The position numbers were made by a program, and so were the translations under genes. The notes below the pieces were generated by a model. It saw only the letters and a program-made list of their open reading frames with translations, had not been told where the DNA came from and searched no databases. DNA of 64,000 bases, taken from assembly GCF_009914755.1 (NCBI RefSeq), contig NC_060935.1; one strand, given 5' to 3'. How positions within the stretch are numbered: position 1 is the first letter of the stretch; the number at the start of each line of letters is the position of its first letter. This document shows, one piece after another, positions 45,416 to 58,584 of the stretch. Origin of the DNA: the human T2T-CHM13v2.0 reference genome, Homo sapiens.

Positions 45416-47662
45416 TGATAGAGTTTGGCTCTGTGTCCCCACCCAGATCACATCTTCTAGCTCCCACAATTCTCACGTGTTGTGGGAGGGACCTGGTAGG
45501 AGATAACTGAATCATGAGGATGGGACTTTCCCATGCTGTTCTCATGATAGTGAATAAGTCTCATGAAATGTGATGGTTTTTAAAACAGGAGTCTCCCTCC
45601 ACAAGCTCTTTCTCTTTGCCTGCTGTCATCCATGTAAGACAAGACTTGCTTTTCCTTGCCTTGCACCGTGATTCTGAGGCCTCTCCAGCCTCGTGGTACT
45701 GTAAGTCCATTAAACCTCTTTCTTTTGTAAATTGCCCAGTCTTGGGTATGTCTTTAACAGCAATGAAAGTGGACTAATACAGTAAATTGGTACCAGTAGA
45801 GTGGGGTGCTGCTGAAAAGATACTGAAAATGTGGAAGTGATTTTGGAACTGAGTAGCAGGCAGGGGTTGAAACAGTTTTGAGGGCTCAGAAGAAGACAGG
45901 AAAAGGTGAAAAAGGTTGGAACCCCCTACAGACTTGTTGAATGGCTTTGATGAACATGCTGATAATGATATAGACAATGAAATCCAGGCTGAGGTGGTCT
46001 CAGATGGAGATGAGGAACTTGGGAACTGGAGTAAAGGTGTCCCTTGTTATGTTTTAGCAAAGAGACTGGTGGCATTTTTCCCCTGCCCTAGAGATTTGTG
46101 GAACTTTGAACTTGAGAGAGATTATTTAGGGTATCTGGCAGAAGAAATTTCTAAGCAGCAAAGCATTCAGGAGTTGACTTGGTGCTGTTAAAGACATTCA
46201 GTTTTATGAAGGAAGCAGAGCAAAAAAGTTCAGAAAATTTGCATCTTGGCAATTTGATAGAAAAGAAAAACCCATTTTCTGAGGAGAAATTCAAGCCCGC
46301 TGCAGAAATTTGCATAAGAAACAAGGAATGGAATGTTAATCCCCAAGACAATAAGCAAAATGCCTCCAGGGTATGTTAGAGGTCTTCATGGCAACCCCTC
46401 CCATCACAGGCCTGGAGGCCTACAAGGAAAAAATGGTTTCATGGGCCAGGCGCAGAGTCTCTGTGCTGTGTGCAGCGTAGGAACTTGGTGCCCTGTGTCC
46501 CAGTCACTCCAGCCATGGCTGAAAGGGGCCAATGTAGAGCTTGGGCCATGGCTCCAGAGGGTGCAAACTCCAAGCTTTGGCAGTTTCCATGTGCTGTTGA
46601 GCCTGTTAGTGCACAGGAGTCAAGAACTGGGGTTTGGGAACCTCTGCCTAGATTTCAGAGGATGAATGGAAATGCCTGGATGCCCAGGCAGAAGTTGGCT
46701 GCAGGAGCAGGGCCCTTATGGAGCACCTCTGCTAGGGTCATGCAGAAGGAAAATGTAGGATTGGATCCCCAACAAAGAGTCCTTATTGGGCACTGCCTAG
46801 TGGAGCTGTGAGAAGAGGGCCACCATGCTCCAGAGCCCAGAATGGTAGATTCACTGACAGCTTGCACTGTGCACCTGGAAAAGCTGCAGACACTCAGCGG
46901 TAGCCCATGAAAGCAGCTGAGAGGGCTGCCGTACCCTGCAAAGCTGCAAGGGCGGAGCTGCCCGAGACCATGGGAACCCACCTCTTGCATCAGCTTGACC
47001 TGGATGTAGGACATATAGTCAAAGGAATTTAGATTTTTATCCCATTTATTTATTATTTTATCCCATTTTATTTAGACAATTTATCCCATTCAGATCAGCT
47101 GTATATACCAAATTCCTGTACCCCCATTGTATCTAGCAAGTAACTAACTTGCTTTTGATCTTACAGGCTTATAGACAGAATGGACTTGACTTGTCTCAGA
47201 TGAGATTTTGGACTGTGGACTTTTGAGTTAACGTTGGAATGAGTTAAGACTTTGGGGGACTGTTGGATGGTATGATTGGTTTTGAAATGTGAAGACTTGA
47301 GATTTGCAAGAGGCAAGGCATGGAATGATATTGTTTGGCTCTGTATCCCCACCCTAATCTCATCTTGTAGGTTCCTTAATGCCTACATAATTCCCTTCCT
47401 GTTGTGGGAAGGGACCCTGTGGGAGATAATTGAATCATGGGGGCAGGTCATTCCCATACTGTTCTCATGATAGTGAATAAGTTTTATGAAATGTGATGGT
47501 TTTAAAATTGGGAGTTTCCCTGCACAAGCTCTCTCTCTTTGCCTGCTGCCATCTGTATAAGACATGACTTGCTCCTCCTTGCCTTCCACCATGATTGTGA
47601 GGCATCCCCAGCCACATGGAACTGTAGGTCCATTAAACCTCTTTCTTTTGTAAATTGCCCAG
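45416..47662 (+). mobile_element. THE1B/C-type MaLR provirus: 5' LTR 45416-45781, internal 45782-47325, 3' LTR 47326-47662 (end truncated)
   Basis: 'tgatagagtttggctctgtgtccccaccc...ggactaataca|gtaaattggtaccagtagagtgggg'; gag-like DLLNGFDEHADNDIDNEIQAEVVSDGDEEL. Confidence 0.92.
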
Positions 47663-47950
47663 GTAGCAAACTTAAAAGTTATTTACAACCAACCACTTAA
47701 ATTAAAATGGAAGAGGAACTTATAATTTTCTAATATTTACTATAAATGCAATAACTCAACATGCCAAATAAATTTTTGGATCTACCTTATTAGTGAATTA
47801 GATTAGAATGGATAAGAATCACACAATAGAAAAAAATAGGCTCTCCAAATTCCTCTGTTTTCACTTAGTAGTTTTGGGCAAGTAATTGCTAAATAAACAG
47901 TAGTTGTTTATGTTTTTAATAGTAATTTGTTTTATGTATATAAAGATGCT

Positions 47951-48170
47951 TGTATTAGTTTTCTATCACTGTATAACACATTAGTGGCTTAAAACAATAC
48001 AGTTATGTACATCACATATTCAGGCATGACTCAAATAATTTTTAGGCTCAGGATTTCAAAAGGTTAAATTTAAGGTGTCAGCTAGGCTAAATTCTCTTAT
48101 GGAAGCTTAGTTAGGAAATAATCCATTTCTAAGTGCATTTACATTGTTGGCAGAATTCAGTTCCTTAAGG
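47951..48170 (-). mobile_element. MLT1-type LTR fragment
   Basis: 'tgtattagttttctatcactgtataaca...tagtggcttaaaacaa...ttgttggcagaattcagttcctt'. Confidence 0.7.
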
Positions 48171-48231
48171 TAACATCCAGGTCCATGATTTATTTGAGTC
48201 AATTTTTGTGAAGGGTATAAGGTCTGTGTCT

Positions 48232-48467
48232 CTCCCTTCCCTTCCCTTCCCTCCCCCCCTCCTCTCCCTCCCCTCCTCCTTTCCTCCCTTCCCCCCTTCC
48301 CTCCCCTCCCCTTCTTCCTCTTCCCCTTTTCCCCCCTTCCCCTTCCCCTTCCTTCCCTTTTCTTCCCTTCCCTTATCCCTTCCTTCGTTTCTTCTTTTCT
48401 TCTCTCCTTCTTTCCCTCCTCCCTCTCTTCCTCCCACCATTCTTTCTTTTTTTTTTTTTTTTTTTTT
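48232..48467. repeat. Polypyrimidine CT-rich tract followed by poly(T), inside an antisense L1 fragment
   Basis: (CCCTT)n and (CCT)n runs; almost purine-free on the + strand. Confidence 0.9.
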
Positions 48468-49586
48468 GGGCATGTGGATATCCTGTTGTTCCAGCACCAT
48501 CTGTTGAAAAGACAATGTTTTTTTCCCAATTATTATTATTTTAAATTTTTAAATTTCTATTTGGCTTTTTCTTATAACTTCAATTTCTTTGTGAAAACTT
48601 TATATTTTTACCTTTCATTCAAGGGAATTCATAATTACCTATTGAAGCAGTTTGTAATGTCTTCTTTAAAATCTTTGTCAGCAAGTTTCAATATCTGATT
48701 CATCTCAGTATTGGCATCTGTTGAATAAGATTAAGTTGTAATCTTACTTATTCATGATATAATGAGTCATTTTTATTGTATTCTCTGTCATTTTGAATAT
48801 TATGTTGGGATACTCCTCATACTGTTTAATTCTATTTTAGAATCTAACCTTTTTGTTTAGATTTAGCTTGTAGCTTGTGACCTACTAGTGTGGACTGCAG
48901 TTCCAATAAAAAAATTAGTTTTCTGAGCCTCTGAAATGCTATTCTTGTCTGCTTCATTCTTCCAACTGTGGTCAAATTCTTGCTAGATCCCTGCTGGTGC
49001 CATCTACAGAGACAGAAGACAATTATTAGCCACCCAGTGCCATTATGTGGGTTTGGGGAATTTGGACCCTTGGACCCATGGATGAAAAGCATTCACTCTG
49101 GCCTGTTTTTTGACCACCTATTGTAGGGGGTGTTCCCACTCTGTGTCTGCTGATGCCAACATAGGAGAGAAGTGCCTATTTAGGCCACCTTTTGCCACTT
49201 GGTAAAGGGCTGAGATATGCTGACCCTGAGTTCCCTTCTACTATTTATCAAAGAGCTGGAAGACTCCTGGTGTTGATCTTTTGCTGCTTCTAAGTAGAGG
49301 ACAATATGTTTTCAAGTTTGGCTGGCTCTATGCTATTGGCTGGAAGATTGTGAAACTCGCGTCATAGATCCTCTGCTGTTGGGTAGAGGACAGGTACCTG
49401 CAGGCTTGCTGGTGCCACCAGTGTAGGCAGATGGGCTCCTCTTGCTTACTAAGTTTATGGGACAAAAGTTGGGTAAGACTGTCTGGGTCCTGGTTGCCAC
49501 TGCTGCGGGTGAATTGGGACTGCTACTGCGAGTGGTTGTGGGAAGGAAATGTGCTGGCTGCCAAGGTTCATTTATGCCATTGCTGT

Positions 49587-50390
49587 TGAAATGGAAAAGT
49601 TCCCTTGTCTCCCTCTCAGGGTATGTGATGGCAGTGTGGCTCACTTATTCGATGCCCCACTGCTCAAAAACCCTAGGGCGAGCAGGCAGACAAGCAGGTC
49701 ATGGGGAGCATGAGCTCTGACCCCACAGCAGCATCTAGGGTTGAGTGTTTACAGCTCCTGAAGCCCCATTAGGAATGTGTTACAGTGCGCCCTTTCAGTT
49801 TAGCCATCTGCAGATGACTTGTGTTAATCAGCTCAATTAGACTATGTGCCTTATTCCAAGGACAGAGGGCTTTCTGTATCTTGGGTTCTTCCTTAGTGAA
49901 CCGATAAAATCGGATCGCACATGGGTTTGGAGAATGAGTGCAAGGTTTTATTGAGTGGAGGTAGCTTTCAGCAAGGTGAATGGGGAGGCCAGAAAGGGGA
50001 TAGAGTGGGAAGGTGGTTTTTCCTTGGAGTCAGGCTGCCCAGTAGCCAGACTCTCTTCTGACCACCCCCGGCTGAATTCCACATTGTCTGCATCATTCTG
50101 CCATCGATGGCTTGCCGGAGTCTGTAGGTGTGTTCTGCTGATGTGTTCTTCTGCTCCTCTGCTTCTCTTGATGTCCAGCTGCTTGTGTCTGCCTACTAGG
50201 GTCTCAGGGTTTTTATAGGTACAGTATGGGGGCGTGGCAGGCCAGAGTGGTCTTGGAAAATGCAACATTTGGGCATGAAAACAGGAGTGGCTGTCCTCTC
50301 CTAGGTCTGTGGGAACAGGCCTGAGGGTGGACCCCTAGCCAGGAGCCCCACCTTTCTCTACCTAGAACTTCCCTGCCCTCTCCCATATCA
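49587..50390 (-). mobile_element. ERV1 solo LTR, LTR1-family-like (about 800 bp)
   Basis: Minus strand TGATATGGGAGAGGGCAGGGAAG...GGGAACTTTTCCATTTCA, with TATAAAAA and AATAAA; flanks CTGT/CTGA. Confidence 0.8.
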
Positions 50391-51299
50391 CTGAAAGATT
50401 GGCCTGCTGCTGCCAATAGATGTGAAGGAGGGATGGGTTAGCACCCATTCCTCTGCTAGCATTGCTGTGGCTGGGCTTTCCCTTTCATAGGACTTTTAGT
50501 CAGAGAACTTAGACATTTCTTCTCTCCCTGTCTCCTTCTCTCTTTCCCTCTTTCTTTAGGGGACTGTGTGTGTCGGGGGGTGTCTATACCTACTAGTATT
50601 TCTGGATTGTCATTCCCCTTGTTGCCCATATTGTCCAGCCTGGATATTTAGGAGATAAAGATAAAACCAAGATAACTCATCATGTCTTTCTTCAGGTACT
50701 GAGACCTTAGACAGTAGACTTTTAAACCTTTCGGATTCCATTTATGACTGTCTATTTAATTAAGTAAAATTTTTTCAGGTTATTTAGTTGTACTTAGAGG
50801 GGAAAAGCTGGTAAACGTAAGTTTATGCCATTATATCCCAAAAGATAAGCTGGTGCTTTTGTAAAATTGAAAAAAAAAATCTTTTAATACCTTTTATTAC
50901 CTAACGCTTAAGATACTAGAAATTTCTCCTATATGAGATGTTAATGATACACAGTATGTGGGTAAAATGTACAAAATTAGTGAGCTTTTTTCCTCCTTTT
51001 TAAACTAAAAATATCTTTTTAGCCAGATGGTCTTAAAACAAAAGGTACTTGAGATAACCTTACCTTTCTTCAAATTAATCTTTATATTTTCAATTTTTGT
51101 TAATTCACAAAAGAAAAAAATAGGGGATTTATTTTAAAGTTAGGCTTAGTCATTTAAAAATTAAATAGATGTAAATTAGTAATAATTTGTGATAATGTAA
51201 AACACTGAAAATGCTAAAATACGCAATTTGAAGAAAAATACAGATTGAGATAAAATTTTGTACGAGAGTTTTAAAAACTTACTGAATATCAAGTTTAGT

Positions 51300-51600
51300 T
51301 ACTGAGTAGCATGTCTATAACATTACCAATTACAGACATAGAAGTTAAAATTGTTACACACATTGGTTTAAGGAGACTAAGAGAAATACAGTGTTATATC
51401 TAGGAAGTGTAAAGAAGACATTAGTAGAAAAGTGGAGAAACCTAAATAATATCTAAGGTTTAATTAGTAGTAGTTGACCAATGTGCTGTTGTTATGTAAG
51501 ATGTGAACATTAGAAGAGGGTAGGGACACAGTATATATGAAAACAGTCTGGACTATTTTCTAACTCTTTTTACTTTCTAAAATTATTTCAAAATAATGAG
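51300..51600 (+). mobile_element. Old L1M 3'UTR fragment
   Basis: 'tatgtaagatgtgaacattagaagaggg...ctttttactttctaaaattatttcaaaata'. Confidence 0.55.
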
Positions 51601-52665
51601 CTTAATAAACTAAAAAGTCTTTAGTAGGATATTAGTTTCCTTCTTATATTACTGATTTTATTTTGTATTACAAATCTTAAAAAGAATGAATGAATAAGTT
51701 CTGGTATAAAATTTATTTTTATTATGGATAAGAAGAAAACAGCTCACATATTAACAAATATTTAAAGACCGAGTGTGAGCTAGAGTGTCAGATTAGCATC
51801 CCTGGGAGTCCAAAGACAAGGGGAGAAGGCACCACTCATTAGCTTTTTGCCCACAGGCTTCCATTGACTGCTCAAACAAACAAACAAACAAAAAGACTGG
51901 AGGAAGGTCAGGGGACCTGAGGGAGCCACCTGTGGTGGTTTTGTAAGGCTTGCTAAGACTTGAAGACAGAGCAGGAGTAACCGTAGAAGGCCAGATGTCT
52001 TCTGAGCTCTGCATGATTGAAATACTGGCATAAAACCAACTGGTGCCCCAGACCCTTCTCAAGAAGAATTAAACTACATGGGATGCAGGAGGAGAAGCAA
52101 ACAACATTCCCATGCCCCAGATCAGAGCCTGCTCTCCTGAGAAGTGAAGATCAACTTGGAGGGAAGAAAAAAAATCCACCCACATCCCGGTTCCTGACCT
52201 AATCCCAGGCAAAGGTCAGCTGTCACTCCTTCATGCTCTGTGATGATATCTAAAATTCATCTGTCATATGGTAGGAGGATATGAGCAGACAATCTTTTCA
52301 TGCTGAGATTCTTGCACTGATTCAAATTGAAGTATGCAGGCTCTGGAAAATGGACTAGAAACTGGCTGGCCACAAGCACCCATTGACACATGTCAGAGTT
52401 CAACTGCTACAGGAGGAGCAGAAGGGAATTTACCTGTACCTTAGATTCTGCCCTGGAATAGAGACAGAGGTTGGAGCAGCAGTATTAGGAAAACCTCACT
52501 CTTGAGGCAGAACTCATGGAACCTTTCTATAATATTCTGAACAAAGAGAATCAAGAAACTTCCAGGCACTGTCATGAAAAAGTACCATTTTTGAATATCA
52601 AATAATCTAACATATATGTCATTATAACCCAGAAGATGAATGGAAAACAATGAGGTAGTAAAAAA

Positions 52666-53094
52666 TTGTGTTTGAAAAGATAATTGGAACTGGCCCAATA
52701 GTCTCATAGACGTTCTTTTGGATAAAAATAGAAACTTACCCTTCTGCTGTTAAAAGCTGTATTTGTTTTATCTGAGTTCCTTCCTCAGGAAAGGACCTTC
52801 ATGCCTGTCAATAAAAGTATCAAAGAACTGAAACTCAACAGATGACAGCATCAGATGTATTCTTCCCACACCCCCACCAAGTTCTTCTTTTCTTACACAT
52901 TGTTACATTTCTTCCCTGCTACATAAACCCTTAGTTTTACTCAGTCAGGGAGATGGATTTGGGACTGAGCTCTCATTGCCTCACCTACAGCACCCAACTC
53001 AAGTCTTCTTTCTTGGGAATGCAGTGTCTCAGTGATTGGCTTCCTGTGTGGTGAGTGGCAGGACCTAGACCATACTCCTGATGTTTTGGAAACA
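52666..53094 (+). mobile_element. ERV1 (MER4-group) solo LTR, subfamily not assigned
   Basis: 'ggaactggcccaatagtctcataga', 'tttatctgagttccttcctcaggaaaggacc', 'cagtcagggagatggatttgggactgagctctc'; ends 'gttttggaaaca'. Confidence 0.7.
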
Positions 53095-53320
53095 GAATGA
53101 CTGAGGATTCCCAAAATATATTAATGACCAGCCACAGATTCCAGAAACACGGACAAGCAAAAGGTAGAATAAGTTTTTTTTCTCTACTTCTCATATTATT
53201 TTTTCTCTCCCTTCCCAATTTTTTTGTTATATCATTTTATTTTGTCTGAGAATATAACTCTTATGTTGTATTCTGCAAACAAAATCACAACGTTTTTGTC
53301 TCACTCCTTGAGTTAAGTAA

Positions 53321-53643
<323 letters not shown>

Positions 53644-53654
53644 ACAACCAGTTT

Positions 53655-53966
53655 TTTGTTGTTGTTCTTTTTTTTTTTTCTTTTAAAGCAGTGTCTCACC
53701 CTGTTACCCAGGCTGGAGTGCAGTAGTGTGCTTACAGCTCACTATAGCCTCATCCACTCGGGCTCAGGTGATCCTACCACCTGAGCTTTCCAGGTAGCTG
53801 GGACTACAGGTGCATGCCACCACGCCAGGCTAAGTTTTTGTATTTTTTGTAGAGACGGGGTTTGCGACATTTCCCTGGCTGGTCTCAAACTCCTGGTTTT
53901 AAGCCATCCACCCACCTCGGCATCCCAAAGCGCCATGATTATAGGTGTGAGCCACTGCACCCAACC
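53655..53966 (-). mobile_element. AluJ
   Basis: 'gggctcaggtgatcctaccacc', 'ttttgtagagacgggg', 'ctcctggttttaagccatcc'. Confidence 0.9.
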
Positions 53967-54092
53967 ATTTTGTTGATTTTTTGTTATATTTTGCTTTGCT
54001 TGTTTCTTCTAGGAGTTTCACCAAAAGTTTATTGAGAATAATAGTTCTTTGTTCTTAGCAGAGTCAAAACTATTTTCTGTTGCTTTTACTTA

Positions 54093-55249
54093 CAGTTATG
54101 CATCACATAATGATCAGTATACATTCTGAGAAATGCATTGGTAGGTGATTTTGTCTTTGTTCAAACATCATAGAGTGCACTTACACAAATCTAGATAGTC
54201 CAGCCTACTACACACCTGGGTTATACAGTAGAGCCTATCGTTCCTAGGCAACAGACCTGTATGGCATGTTATTGTACTGAGTAGTGTATGCCAACTTTAA
54301 AATCATGCTATTTGTATATGTAAATTTATCTAAACATAGAAAAGATACAATAAAAGTATAGTATAAAAGATAAAACATGGTACATATGTATAGGGCACTT
54401 ATCATGAATAGAGCTTGCGGGACTGGAAGTTATTTTGGGTGAGTCAGTGAGTGAATGTGAAGGCCTAAGACATTACTAATGTACACTATGTGGACTTTAC
54501 AAACGCTGTATACTTTGGCGACACTAAATGTATTTAAAAATTTTTTTTATACTAAATTAATCTTAGCTTACTGTAACATTTTTTACTTTAGAATCCCTAA
54601 CTTTTTAAAGTTTTACTTTTTTAACTTTTTAACTCTTGTAATAACCTTAGCATTTGTACAACCACACAAAATTTTGTTTGTATTCTTCTATAGGTACTTT
54701 TCCCATTTTTAATTTGTTTAAAGGTTCAAAATTTTTCCTTAAAAACTAAGACACAACACACATATTAGCCTAGGCCTATATGGGGTCAGGATAATCGATA
54801 TTATTGTCTCCCACCTCCACATCTTCTCCCACTGGAAGGTCTTCAAGGGCAATAACACCCATGAAGCTGTCATTTCCTATGGTAACAATGCTTTCTTCTG
54901 GAATAACTCCTGAAGGACTGCCTGAGGCTCTTTTACAGTTAACTTTTTTTGGAAGTAGGTGTAAACTCTGAAATAATGATGAAAGTATAGTATAGAAACT
55001 ATGTAAACCAGTAATATAGTCAACTGTACATATTTGTATGTGCTGTAATTTTATCTGACTGCCAGTGCCATAAGTTTGTTTTCACTAACATCACCACAAA
55101 CACATGAATAATGCATTGTGCTATTATGGTAAAATGGCTAGGATATCACAAGATAATAGATATTTTTCAGCTCTATTGTAATTGTGTGGGCCCACTGTTG
55201 GATTCATGCTCTGTTGGTGACTGAAACATCATAATGCATTACATGACTG
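54093..55249. mobile_element. Tigger3b-like (TcMar-Tigger) DNA transposon, both ends intact
   Basis: TIR ends 'cagttatgcatcacataatga' and 'catcataatgcattacatgactg' with a TA TSD on each side; about 1.16 kb. Confidence 0.88.
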
Positions 55250-55564
55250 TATTTGTTAATATATAAAATTCTTGGGTTACTTTTCTATTCTCCTTGAGAA
55301 ATTAAAAGAAATTGTTCCACTCTCTTTAGCTTCGACTATTGTTCTACAGTAGTGTCCGACCAGCTTTCATTCTCTTAATTCTTTGTAAGTAAAATAGTAT
55401 TCTTGCCTTGCAGCACAAGTTTTCTGTTTATATATCTTTGAAGCCAATTACCTTTACCGGCATGTTGCTTAGGGTTGACTCTTCTGGATCCTTGTGCATT
55501 CAAATCGTCTTTATTAAAGGAAGACTTTATTTTGGGCTACAGCTACAAATATTTATTCTGCTTC

Positions 55565-55890
<326 letters not shown>

Positions 55891-55989
55891 TGAAGTTTTT
55901 ATAGGTTCTCCAATTATACAATGACAGATTACTGGGGTCTCTGCAATTATCCAGTGTATGCAACCTGTAAAATCATAGTATTTATATAT

Positions 55990-56362
55990 TTTCTTGGCCC
56001 ATTCTCATGCTGCTATAAGGATATACCTGATACTGGGTAATTTATAAAGGAAAGAGGTTTAATTGACTCACAGCTCAGCATGACTAGGAGGCTTCAGGAA
56101 ACACAATCATGGCAGAAGGGGAAGCAAACACGTCTTTCTTCATAGGGTGACAGAAAGGAGATTTTGAGCAAAAGGTGGGAAGGTAATCCTTTTATAAAAC
56201 CAGAACATCTTGTGAGAACTCACTCACTATCATGAGAACAGCATGAGGGTAACAGCCCTCATGATTTAATTACCTACCACTCGGTCTCTCCCACAATATG
56301 TGGAGATTATGGGAAATAGAATTCAAGATGAGATTTGGTGGGGACATAGCAAAGCCATGTCA
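55990..56362 (-). mobile_element. THE1D-like MaLR solo LTR
   Basis: 'cccattctcatgctgctataagg...gggacatagcaaagccatgtca'; 5-bp TSD TATAT (55985-55989 and 56363-56367). Confidence 0.9.
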
Positions 56363-57046
56363 TATATCTAAATTTATCTAAACATAGAAAATATACAATA
56401 AAAGCATAGTATAAAATATATAGTATAAATGATATGAGTGCTAACCTCTAAATTTGTTCATGATACAGAAATTTATTTTGATCTTAAGTCATTATTTTTT
56501 AGGTCCTTGTTGCTCCCAAACTGAATGTTAACTGGTCAATTTTTATTATTCTCTTTATTTAAGTAGCATAGTTGTTTACATCATGAGCTATTTCTTTTTA
56601 TAAGTATTCATTATAACTGGCAGTGATAATTTATAAGACCATCAATTTAAAGCAAGATCTTTCAAGGATTTGTGAAGGACTGTTTCAGGAGACGTTGAAC
56701 TATTCTTAGGATCCTAGGTTCTGTGTGTATGATTAGCCTTCATTCTAAACTTGAATTTGGTCTTCAGGAAAAATAAAACTGTGACTCTATTTTCATAAGT
56801 ATATGAGACTGATTTCCTCCCCAACCACTGTAAAAATGCTTCTTCCAGATAGGAATTTGCCATTTGATTCATCATTAACCTTACTTCCTTTGATTTTCAG
56901 TATCAGAGCCAGGCTCACTCCTGCTATCATTATCTGTATCTCCTTTTCACAATGGCAAAGAATTTAGGATGGGCAATATAGACTTTGTTCCTCATCTTGA
57001 GGGTATGGCTTTTTGAGGCTCTGCGTAAGCTTCTTAGTCGCATTAC

Positions 57047-57578
57047 TGTGGCAGCGCTCCTCTCGAGCAGACACCAGCTGTGTGGAGTCTGTCCCTTGCA
57101 GACCCCTGACTTGGCGATGGATGAATAAAGTACACTGACACGCAGATTTTTTTGCTTTGCCAGTCCAGCTGAGGGTCTGAGCGGCTTACAGACTCCCTGC
57201 TGAGTTCTGTAAACAGTTGCAACTCGGCCTTGATCAGCTAGTCAGACTCACATTTATTCAGTAAGATTAATTAACAAAACCTTTAGTCAACACCATTAAA
57301 GGGTAATGGACATTGTGGACTTCCCAAGTAAAAAGCACTTAAGCACCCACAGTACATCAAAGGTTAGTTTTAAGATCATATGAGTAAACAAGCTAGCTAG
57401 GTAAACTATTCTGCCTTCCTTTATTACTACTTAAATTTGTTTAAAGGTAAAGATCCGATTGCCTTCAAAAATACCTATTACCAAAGTTATGCAAACTTCT
57501 CGGCCTTCCAGGAAGACTCGAGTCTATCTCTATAACTATCTCTAATAGTTTTCCCACCAGGCTGATTGAACCCCAACA
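57047..57578 (-). mobile_element. LTR22-family (HML-5 / HERV-K22) solo LTR
   Basis: Minus strand starts TGTTGGGGTTCAATCAGCCTGGTGGGAAAA; 6-bp TSD CATTAC/CGTTAC. Confidence 0.85.
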
Positions 57579-58584
57579 CGTTACCATTTAGTGTGGGTGC
57601 TAAAGCTTTGCTTCACTGGAACATAGTTGCCTTTTTCCCAAATTTGGTGTTTTGGGTTTAGCTATTTCTGATTTTCATAAAATTTTAATATTTCTCTATT
57701 TTCTTATTTCTTTACAAATTCATTTCAGAAAATAAAGAGAGAACTGCTGATTTTTGCAGTCTTGATTGAAATTATAAGCTGAAAACTGCTACCAGAGTTC
57801 CTTTTACTTGAACTCCAGACCAGGAAAAACTATCATAGTGAACTAGATTATACTTTTTTCATGAGTTTATGAAAGACATTTAGGATATACTTGACAAGAT
57901 ATTACATAATTCACTTAATTATTATTTAAAGACTTGTTTATTCTGTATATTGTTAACTTCTCAGCTTACACAAAGCAATCTAGGGCTTTCTTGCTAAGCT
58001 GGTTAGATAAACCCTGGAAGTACAGATAGAAGAAAAGCTAACTGAGCTCTACTATTGGTTAGACTCTTGTTATTTCAAAGGAATTCTATTGGAAGACTCA
58101 CCTTGTCAAAATAAATGCATGTTTTATACACTTTTTACTCTCTTGATTCGTGTATAAACAAGTAGCCTAATTTGACTAAATGCTACCTATGTTTTAAGCA
58201 TGAACTCTTTTATTTCTTATATTTTCCCGATTATTCTATATCACTTAATTTTAATTCATTTTATTGACCAAAGTTTTGATAATTTTACTCATAAAAATTT
58301 TAATTTAATTAATATTATTTTAAGACATTTTCTCTATGACACAATCTTGATCAACAGTTTGAGTCTTGTTACACTGAGAGACTGCCATTTTGTTAAGATC
58401 CCACCACAGCCTTTCTGAGAATTCTCACCTTTAAGGGAAATATGAAAATGCTTTTTATGATGAAAGGATGTTGCAAATGTGAGACATAATTATGATAATT
58501 GGCATTTTTTCCAGCACTGGATATTTACAAAAATAAAATATATCTATTTCCACTGTCATTGTAGAAACATAAACAAGCAGATAT

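Noticed and set aside
43407-47592. Dense cluster of overlapping ORFs suggesting a gene cluster
   Set aside because: They are fragments of the degenerate MaLR internal ORF and LTRs, broken by stops and frameshifts.
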